A stretch of DNA of 64,000 nt, taken from NCBI GenBank assembly GCA_017513085.1, contig JAFWDK010000016.1, forward strand, positions 32,001-96,000, given 5' to 3'. The notes under the pieces are model-generated. The model searched no databases, was not told the DNA's origin, and worked only from the letters and a program-made list of their open reading frames with translations. Source of the DNA: Clostridiales bacterium. Lineage in GTDB: Bacteria; Bacillota; Clostridia; Saccharofermentanales; Saccharofermentanaceae. The translations under genes were made by a program, and so were the position numbers. Numbering within the stretch: position 1 is the first letter of the stretch; every line of letters begins with the position of its first letter. Shown here piece after piece: positions 56,650 to 64,000 of the stretch.

Positions 56650-57186
56650 ATGCAACAAGATATTCGTTTCTCTACTGTCGTTCCTTTTGAAGACACCAAG
56701 TATCGCTTCATCTATCTGAATATCGGTGGAAACATGACCATAGAGGCAGACGATTCCAATACCGCCGCTGCTTCCATCTCTGAGAACACGGCGAAGATGG
56801 CCATCAACGATGCCGTAATGGGTATTAAGAATGAGAGTTATGAAAACTTCGCCTCGCATAACGGAGCCATCGTTGAAGCTTTGAATAATAATCTGAGGGC
56901 AAAAAATATCACACTGCTTTCCATCTCTTTTGATGCCGTCACCCCGGATGAACAAAGCCAGGCCCGCATGAAGCAGATCGACAGCCAACCGGCAATTCCT
57001 GTAGCACCTGCTGCTCCTGTTGCACCTACTTCACCTGTTGCTCCGTCAGCATCAGTTGCTCCTGCAGCTCCATCTGCCCCCGCTGCCCCGGCATTGAATC
57101 TCATGAAGTTCTGCGGACAGTGCGGTGCACCCGGCAACGGCAAGAAATTCTGCACAAATTGCGGCAATTCTTTGATCAAAGCCTGA
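56650..57186 (+). CDS. SPFH-like fragment with Ala/Pro linker and double zinc ribbon
   Basis: C-terminal KFCGQCG...KFCTNCG; PAAP repeats. Confidence 0.65.
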   Translation: MQQDIRFSTVVPFEDTKYRFIYLNIGGNMTIEADDSNTAAASISENTAKMAINDAVMGIKNESYENFASHNGAIVEALNNNLRAKNITLLSISFDAVTPDEQSQARMKQIDSQPAIPVAPAAPVAPTSPVAPSASVAPAAPSAPAAPALNLMKFCGQCGAPGNGKKFCTNCGNSLIKA

Positions 57187-57305
57187 CGCAAAGGCAGTTA
57201 TTTCAGCTTATCCCGATTCTTTAACTTTTCTTTGCTTTTTCTTGAAGCATACTTTATTTGCGCCGTTTATTATGGAATCATCAAAAGAAAAGCGAGGACT
57301 CCACG

Positions 57306-57977
57306 ATGAGCATCAGCACACAGATCGAGAATGAGAACATGGTCGATTTCGCGAAAATAGCAAAAGCAACATCTATGAATGCAGAAACTCCCAAAGAAAA
57401 CCTCGGTGTTCATATGCAGATCGTAAAAGACTATGAGTTGATGACGATCAGTAAGAAGCGGATCGTAAGAGAAGACTTCCCTAATCAGTTGGACTTCAGC
57501 TTTTCCCAAAAGAGAGAGATCATCACCTGCGGTCAGCAGGCTCTCCTTTCCAATGGCCTGGTTTTTGCCTACAGAAAGAATAAAGTTATCACCGCCGTTT
57601 TCATCGTAGAAAAGAATGTGTCCAGTTACGACTGCAACCACATGTACATTTCCCCTGAAGTGTCTGAGCCGGATGCAGATGACATGAAAAAAGATATCCG
57701 TCGCCAGATCTCCCTTCTGGTGTACTATGCGAACTTTACTAAGGGTTTTTTTGCCGGAGATCCTGTTCCGATGATTGAAAAAGAGAAGCGCACATACGCA
57801 TGGGGAATCGCCCTGCTGGTCGGTTTGTTGTTTGCGATCTGCATGCATTTGCTGACTCAGAGTCTCCCGATCAGTTTTTTCACCGGACTTGCCCAGACTG
57901 CCTTCTGGTTTTGCATCTTAAATAACCGTCTTGTTTATAATGATACATTTACTTCTTCTGACGAAGATCAGGTATAA
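57306..57977 (+). CDS. Hypothetical protein with two C-terminal TM helices
   Basis: GAGG SD, long ORF, hydrophobic C-terminus. Confidence 0.6.
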   Translation: MSISTQIENENMVDFAKIAKATSMNAETPKENLGVHMQIVKDYELMTISKKRIVREDFPNQLDFSFSQKREIITCGQQALLSNGLVFAYRKNKVITAVFIVEKNVSSYDCNHMYISPEVSEPDADDMKKDIRRQISLLVYYANFTKGFFAGDPVPMIEKEKRTYAWGIALLVGLLFAICMHLLTQSLPISFFTGLAQTAFWFCILNNRLVYNDTFTSSDEDQV

Positions 57978-58010
57978 TCTTATATAGATGAAAGAAGGAG
58001 GTTCTTTCCT

Positions 58011-58463
58011 GTGGGATATATCTTGGATCTGCGCAAAGAATTGGGGCACCGCCCTTTGATCATGACCTGTGCCGGCGTATTGTTTCTTAATGATAAGAAC
58101 GAGCTTCTTCTTCAGAAGCGTGCCGATAACCAGTGCTGGGCTTATCCGGCCGGATCCATGGAACTGGGAGAAACCTTCGAAGAATGTGCGAAGCGGGAAG
58201 CTTTTGAAGAGTCCGGTCTGATCTGCGATGAGCTCGTATACTTCACACATGTTTCAGGGAACCACTTTGTCTATCCGAACGGAGACGAGATCTACAGCGC
58301 CGCCGTAATCTTTCTTTGCCGCCGTTTTCATGGAGAAATGCGCATACAGGAAGAAGAGGTCATCGAGCAGCGCTTCTTCTCCTTCGACGCGCTGCCGGAC
58401 AACCTCTCCTCTACTAACCGCAGCACCATTATGAAGCTACGGGATCATTTACTTTCCGAGTGA
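58011..58463 (+). CDS. NUDIX hydrolase
   Basis: LLQKRAD..W..PAGSMELGETFEECAKREAFEESGL. Confidence 0.9.
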   Translation: MGYILDLRKELGHRPLIMTCAGVLFLNDKNELLLQKRADNQCWAYPAGSMELGETFEECAKREAFEESGLICDELVYFTHVSGNHFVYPNGDEIYSAAVIFLCRRFHGEMRIQEEEVIEQRFFSFDALPDNLSSTNRSTIMKLRDHLLSE

Positions 58464-59807
58464 TCAACTCAGTATCTCTTTGAGTTTCCACCTTGTATTG
58501 TCCACTGCCAGACTATAACCACAATAACTGCAGCATCCCTTCTCATCCGGTAGGAACGGCACGCCGCAAGACGGACAGGATCTGTTTTGGAACATTTCTC
58601 CTTTCGACTTTATGCGATTCGGATACCGCGCACGGACCATACGAAGTTTCATCTTCTTTTCCGAATAAAGGATCTGTCCGTCAGTATCCACCGTTCGTGT
58701 TCCCACTAAAACAGATGCAGTAATAAACGTCTCATCTTCTGTATTGTCCACCTTGTTGTACTTGATATTTCCCAGCCACAGATCGAGTGTATTCTCCCGG
58801 TCGGCTTTGTTCCATAGTTCCTCAAGTATCGAACTTCTAAACAGGTTTTCATAGAAACGCACGACCTTCTTCGTCTTCTTTTTTTTGAATAAAGACTCCC
58901 ACGCAACGATAAGAGCCATCGTAAGCACCGTGCCGACGACCAGTCCGGCAACAACAAGAATAAGTGCAAATACCGCATCCTCATCGATGCTCGAACCGAA
59001 AGGAAACATCAGAAGAAACGTCGTCAGGAAAGCGACTATCGGAAAAGGGATCACCGATCTCAGATCTCTCGTCACCTTTAATTTTTCAAACACAAAATCC
59101 TGTGTCTGCCAGTCAAAGAAGTTCGCAAAAACCGGACGTCCGCAGAACGGGCAGACCGCCTCTGCGCCGCGCACTTCGATATCCGCTCCGCACGAGAAGC
59201 ACTTCTGCGCGCTGATCTCTTCGTAGAAATCTTTTGCGCCTTTCTTTCCCTGCTTTCTGCGTTCTTTATCACGGCTTAGATCACTGGCTTTAATGTTTCT
59301 GCTCTGACGCACGGCAAGCCGTGCATTGCGGTAGTAATTGCGATGCACGACTTGCCCTTGCGAATCAATATACTGTTCTAATGCCGCAGCTTTCGCGGAA
59401 CCTTCGCGCCACTGACGGCCACCATCATTCCAACTGAGGAAATTATTCGGCTTACCCTGATTCTCCATCGTAGCAGCGGACACACGGATCATTCTCCGCA
59501 GACCATACTTCTGAAGGATACGGATCGTATTCTCCTGCATGGCACGGAACGTCTTATCCGTACGTGCAGGAAGATATGACGTATCCGCATTCTCCCAGGA
59601 AAGCAGGATCGGTTCGACTGCCTCTTTCATGTCTTTCGTCATCTTCTGACCGCTGAAGATCGACCCTTCCAAAGGTTTGTTCAATCTCGCGATCGTAGTT
59701 TCTTTTCCACCACCGAAAAGGAGATCGACGATCGTATCGCTGCAAAGAAGAAATGCAACCAGACAGGAAGTTATGAAAGCAGCCAATGCCGAATAAAACC
59801 AGATCAT
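58464..59807 (-). CDS. Membrane protein with two zinc-ribbon modules
   Basis: CFSCGA...CPFCG and CPSCG...CSYCG each followed by W; 3 TM. Confidence 0.65.
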   Translation of the reverse strand: MIWFYSALAAFITSCLVAFLLCSDTIVDLLFGGGKETTIARLNKPLEGSIFSGQKMTKDMKEAVEPILLSWENADTSYLPARTDKTFRAMQENTIRILQKYGLRRMIRVSAATMENQGKPNNFLSWNDGGRQWREGSAKAAALEQYIDSQGQVVHRNYYRNARLAVRQSRNIKASDLSRDKERRKQGKKGAKDFYEEISAQKCFSCGADIEVRGAEAVCPFCGRPVFANFFDWQTQDFVFEKLKVTRDLRSVIPFPIVAFLTTFLLMFPFGSSIDEDAVFALILVVAGLVVGTVLTMALIVAWESLFKKKKTKKVVRFYENLFRSSILEELWNKADRENTLDLWLGNIKYNKVDNTEDETFITASVLVGTRTVDTDGQILYSEKKMKLRMVRARYPNRIKSKGEMFQNRSCPSCGVPFLPDEKGCCSYCGYSLAVDNTRWKLKEILS

Positions 59808-59810
59808 ATT

Positions 59811-61175
59811 TTATGCCTTTGCCGCTTTCTTTTCTTCGGCTTCCTCTTCTTCAGACTTGAAGTCTTTGCGGCAACCCTTATAGTCTTTTTCTTCAAGCGG
59901 AAGGATCGCATTCAGGATAATACCGACAAGTGCGCCGACTGCCAGACCGGAAAGGGAGATATTCACAGAACCGATCGAGAAGCTGATGGCACCTGCAGGA
60001 TTGTGATACTTGATACCGATGGAAAGACCCAGGATCAAAGCCGCGATGATAATGTTGCGGCTCTTACTGAAGTCGACCTGATTCTCAACGATATTGCGGA
60101 CACCGACCGCAGAGATCATACCGTAAAGCACGATGGAAACACCGCCAACGGTCGCAGCCGGCATGGACGCGATCAGCGCGGCAAATTTCGGAGAGAAAGA
60201 GAATACGATCGCACATACCGCAGCAATACGGATCACTCTCGGATCGTATACTTTCGTCAGCGAAAGCACTCCCGTATTTTCACCATACGTTGTGTTGGCC
60301 GGTGCACCGAAAAGCGATGCCAGGATGGTGGCAAGACCATCACCGATAAGTGTACGGTGAAGACCCGGATCTTCGATAAAATTTCTGTCTGTGGTCGAAG
60401 AGATCGCAGAAATATCACCGATATGCTCAACCATGGTAGCCAGTGCGATCGGCATGATCGTAATGATCGCCGTTGCGATCAAAGATGTATCCGGAGACTT
60501 GAAGATCGAGAATACCGTGTCGTCAAAAGCAACCGGGAGACCGATCCAGTCAACCGACTGTACTTTGGAAAAATCGACCAGTCCGAACGGCAGTGCCGCG
60601 ATATAGGAAACGATGACACCGAGAATGATCGGCACGATCTTGATCATGCCCTTTCCATATATATTACAGATGACCACCACAAGGATCGCCAGTACAGCAA
60701 CGACCCAGTTCTGCGTACAATTCTTGATCGCATCAGAAGACAAGGTAAGACCGATGGCAATGATGATCGGTCCGGTAACGATCGGCGGGAAGAAGCGCAT
60801 GACCTTCTTCTGTCCGAACGCCTTGATCAAAGCCGCCAGAACCAGATACAGGCATCCGGCTGCCGCAACACCCAGGCACGCATACGGAAGCAGCGAAGTA
60901 TCTGTCTTTCCGTCAACCGTAGCTACTGCCGCGTATCCACCGATGAAAGCAAAAGAAGAACCAAGGAATGCAGGTACTTTTCCTTTTGTGAGAAAATGGA
61001 AAAGAAGAGTACCCAGTCCTGCAAATAAAAGCGTCGCCGAAACAGACAGACCTGTCAGCGCCGGAACGAGAACCGTAGCTCCGAACATCGCAAACATGTG
61101 CTGAAGTCCGAGCACGAACATTTTAGGATATCCGAGTGTTCTCGCGTCGTATATCCCACCGTTTTTGTCACCCAT
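59811..61175 (-). CDS. Uracil/xanthine (NCS2) permease
   Basis: QHMFAMFGATVLVP, FLGSSFAF, EHIGD, TTYGEN.GV. Confidence 0.92.
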   Translation of the reverse strand: MGDKNGGIYDARTLGYPKMFVLGLQHMFAMFGATVLVPALTGLSVSATLLFAGLGTLLFHFLTKGKVPAFLGSSFAFIGGYAAVATVDGKTDTSLLPYACLGVAAAGCLYLVLAALIKAFGQKKVMRFFPPIVTGPIIIAIGLTLSSDAIKNCTQNWVVAVLAILVVVICNIYGKGMIKIVPIILGVIVSYIAALPFGLVDFSKVQSVDWIGLPVAFDDTVFSIFKSPDTSLIATAIITIMPIALATMVEHIGDISAISSTTDRNFIEDPGLHRTLIGDGLATILASLFGAPANTTYGENTGVLSLTKVYDPRVIRIAAVCAIVFSFSPKFAALIASMPAATVGGVSIVLYGMISAVGVRNIVENQVDFSKSRNIIIAALILGLSIGIKYHNPAGAISFSIGSVNISLSGLAVGALVGIILNAILPLEEKDYKGCRKDFKSEEEEAEEKKAAKA

Positions 61176-61252
61176 AACTACCTCCTGAAAATGTATTCAC
61201 TATTTTTACTATAGCACAACAGTTTCATTTGGTGCGACACAATTCAGGCAGA

Positions 61253-62608
61253 TCAGAACCCTTTATTTTTTAATCCCGCAACAAGCTGGACGAAGAATTC
61301 CCGCACATCAAATCCGTCGAAATTCTCACGGTTCAGATCGATCATATCGCCATGGGAAATTCCTCTTCTTCCCTTTGAGATCAGGAACTGATAATCCTTG
61401 CCCCAGCAAAAGGATTTCGCGCCGACCAGACCATCGTTCGGGCCATCAAAATGATGCACCAGGAACGTGGAAAAATTCAGTGGAAATCTTCCGGAATATG
61501 CATGGTTCAATTTCGATCCGACACTCTGACAATAGATGCCCTCCGGATCCGGCATTTCTTCATTCAATCTTGCACACGAAGTCGAAGTGAGATCATTGAC
61601 CGCTTCCAGGAAACTCGGTGACGGATCGCCCAGTTTTCTCAGCGCAGCTTCATACATATGCGCGACCCGGGTCTGGTGCTTCTCACCGATCTTGCTTAAA
61701 AGATAATCCGCAAATTCACATCCTCTGTGCGGTGTATTGATCGTCGTGACACTTGCCACATACGGACCGGCGCCATACTTCGCGATAGCCATTCTCGTAT
61801 CCAGGCCACCCTTGGAATGCGCGATGACATTTACTTTTCCGCAACCTGTCTGCTCACATATTTCTTTAATGCGCGCCGCCAGTTCCTGACCGCATCTTTC
61901 GACCGAAGCTGCGGACTGCTGGTTTCCGTAGAAAACTGTCGCACCGTTTTTCATAAGCTGTTCCGGAATACGACCCCAGTAATTAAGATAACGGAAATCA
62001 CGGAAAAATACGCCATGCACCATCAGGAGCGGATATTTACAGGCGCAGATCTTCTGATCCGCACGCGAATCATTCAGAATGATCTTTTCATTTTCCACAC
62101 GCACTTCTTTATCAGCAATATAGATCATGATGCCCAGCACCACCAGATGTACGACCGGGATCATACCGCACAGCGCACCGATGAGACGGAAACGGAAGCC
62201 GAGCTGTGATGCGGTCAGATAGATACGGATAATACCATTCCAAAAGACGATGTTTTCGATCACGATAATGATAATGATCGTTCGGATCCAGGTTCCTTTT
62301 TCATCTCCGAAAGACGGGATCCCGTATTCCGTCAGTTTCCCGAACATGCCCAGGATCGCGATGACACTGTCTATGGTTACAGAAAGAAGGAAGATCTTGA
62401 GCAACGACGTTCCGCAAGCCGTATTTCTAAGTTTCGGCGAACGTATCTTCAGGAAGCTCAGAGGATTCTTCGGAATGGCGTTGATGTACATGAAGGCAAA
62501 GATCAACAGCAAAAGCCATATGGTTGAAAGGTCAAGGAGAATAAAGTTTCCAATAACACTAACGATCAGCGAATAAAGAACGATAAAAAAGATATCCAGC
62601 ACGATCAT
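61253..62608 (-). CDS. Membrane-anchored triacylglycerol lipase-like alpha/beta hydrolase
   Basis: N-terminal TM bundle, YP.LMVHG, AHSKGG, TPHRG, NDGLV, SH. Confidence 0.85.
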   Translation of the reverse strand: MIVLDIFFIVLYSLIVSVIGNFILLDLSTIWLLLLIFAFMYINAIPKNPLSFLKIRSPKLRNTACGTSLLKIFLLSVTIDSVIAILGMFGKLTEYGIPSFGDEKGTWIRTIIIIIVIENIVFWNGIIRIYLTASQLGFRFRLIGALCGMIPVVHLVVLGIMIYIADKEVRVENEKIILNDSRADQKICACKYPLLMVHGVFFRDFRYLNYWGRIPEQLMKNGATVFYGNQQSAASVERCGQELAARIKEICEQTGCGKVNVIAHSKGGLDTRMAIAKYGAGPYVASVTTINTPHRGCEFADYLLSKIGEKHQTRVAHMYEAALRKLGDPSPSFLEAVNDLTSTSCARLNEEMPDPEGIYCQSVGSKLNHAYSGRFPLNFSTFLVHHFDGPNDGLVGAKSFCWGKDYQFLISKGRRGISHGDMIDLNRENFDGFDVREFFVQLVAGLKNKGF

Positions 62609-62618
62609 GATCTTTCCC

Positions 62619-64000
62619 TCACTTACTCATAATATCCATCAGGTCTGCAACCCATTCGACGATCTTAGCCTGATCTTTCGGCATCGGTGTATATTGTATA
62701 TAAGACTTTTTCAACGCGTAAAGCACTACACGGTCCTTATAGCGTGCATCATCACCGACCTTGCCCAGATTCTGCATTTCTTTTCCGGCATTGCTTCTAT
62801 AGATCAATCTTGCATCCTTGCCGGTGATCTCGATCTGCTCAAAACCAAGACCTCCGGACAGATGCCGGATGATCGAGATATTCGACAGTATCTCGACCTC
62901 ACGCGGAATATCGCCATAACGGTCCATCAACTCGTCTTCCAGATCCATTCTTTCCTGAACCGAAGCAACTTTCTGGATCCGCCGGTAAACATCCATCCTC
63001 TGTCCTTCGTCCGGAATATAAGCGGAAGGGATATAAGCATCCTCGTGGAATTTCACCACAGCATCCTCCACCTTCGGTGCCCATGTTCCGGATAGTTTCT
63101 TGATCTCTTCATCCAGCATACGGCAATAAAGCTCATAGCCGATCACATCCATCTGACCATGCTGTTCCGCGCCGAGAAGATTTCCTGCGCCACGCACCTC
63201 CAGATCCTTCAACGCGATCTTGATTCCGGAACCCAACTCCGTAAAATCACGGATCGCCGCCAGACGTTTTTCAGCATCTTCTTTCAATACCTTATCCGGC
63301 CGGTAAGTAATATATGCATATGCTTGTCTGTCGGAACGACCGACACGACCCTTCAACTGATACAGCTGGGAAAGACCGAACCTGTCACTGTTTTCAACAA
63401 TGATCGTATTTACATTCGGCATATCCACACCGGATTCAATAATGGTCGTACATACCAGAATATCTGCCTCTTTATGGATAAAGGATTCGATGATGCTCTC
63501 CAGTTCACGTTCACTCATCTGTCCATGAGCATAGACCACACGGGCTCCGGGGATCAGATCCTGCAGCATCTGTGCTTTTTCCGCAATCTTGTGCGTATCG
63601 TTAAAGAGATAGAACACCTGCCCTGCACGGCCGATTTCACGAAGACATGCTTCCGCAATGATCTGCGGATCGTATTCAATGACATATGTCTGCACCGGCC
63701 GACGATCCTGCGGAGGTTCTTCCAGTACGGAGATGTCCCGGATACCGGACAAAGACATATGAAGCGTTCTCGGTATCGGCGTCGCCGTAAGCGTCAGTAC
63801 GTCCACGTTGTTGCGGAGATTCTTCAGTTTTTCTTTGTGATTCACGCCGAAACGCTGCTCTTCATCGATAACCAAAAGTCCGAGATCCTTCGGCTTTACA
63901 TCCTGACTTAACACACGGTGTGTACCAACGATCACATCGATCTCTCCGTTGTTGATGCCGGTCACCGCGCGCTTGACTTCTTTCGGCGTACAGAAGCGGC
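62619..64000 (-). CDS. mfd: Transcription-repair coupling factor, 3' part (runs off the right edge)
   Basis: IDEEQRFGV, TATPIPRTL, QLKGRVGRS, DLEVRGAGNLLG.EQHG, TRCF C-terminal domain. Confidence 0.97.
   Translation of the reverse strand, partial: RFCTPKEVKRAVTGINNGEIDVIVGTHRVLSQDVKPKDLGLLVIDEEQRFGVNHKEKLKNLRNNVDVLTLTATPIPRTLHMSLSGIRDISVLEEPPQDRRPVQTYVIEYDPQIIAEACLREIGRAGQVFYLFNDTHKIAEKAQMLQDLIPGARVVYAHGQMSERELESIIESFIHKEADILVCTTIIESGVDMPNVNTIIVENSDRFGLSQLYQLKGRVGRSDRQAYAYITYRPDKVLKEDAEKRLAAIRDFTELGSGIKIALKDLEVRGAGNLLGAEQHGQMDVIGYELYCRMLDEEIKKLSGTWAPKVEDAVVKFHEDAYIPSAYIPDEGQRMDVYRRIQKVASVQERMDLEDELMDRYGDIPREVEILSNISIIRHLSGGLGFEQIEITGKDARLIYRSNAGKEMQNLGKVGDDARYKDRVVLYALKKSYIQYTPMPKDQAKIVEWVADLMDIMSK

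Noticed and set aside
55147-56988. Long antisense ORFs (also 32849..34465, 1394..2545, 15248..16375, 28063..29160, 60003..61028, 164..793)
   Set aside because: They mirror well-supported genes on the opposite strand and have no recognisable motifs; typical codon-bias shadows.
1-64000. CRISPR array or cas genes
   Set aside because: No regularly spaced 25-40 bp repeats and no cas-like ORFs were seen.

Overview
Chromosomal window of an anaerobic Firmicute (Clostridia-like gene content and Shine-Dalgarno usage). Housekeeping and metabolic genes include nfnAB, a D-2-hydroxyacid dehydrogenase, a larA homologue, dtd, tRNA-Arg(CCG), a uracil/xanthine permease and a partial mfd. These are mixed with many lipoprotein, transporter and two-component-system genes. 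The strongest candidates for undescribed biology are four. (1) An AT-rich five-gene island (XRE HTH, ImmA/IrrE metallopeptidase, DUF4417, carrier-less EndoU toxin, immunity protein) with operator palindromes and a structured internal leader. (2) A radical SAM/SPASM enzyme next to a small lipoprotein with a PGYPT leader and five repeated hydrophobic-x-Gly motifs, behind an ECF-type promoter shared with a serpin gene. (3) A hybrid ABC cluster joining sugar-import-type permeases with an export-type adaptor and a MacB-like protein. (4) A candidate C-rich sRNA behind 11-bp-period direct repeats inside that cluster. All family calls come from motif recognition by eye; no database searches were run. 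No CRISPR array, integrase or transposase was seen.
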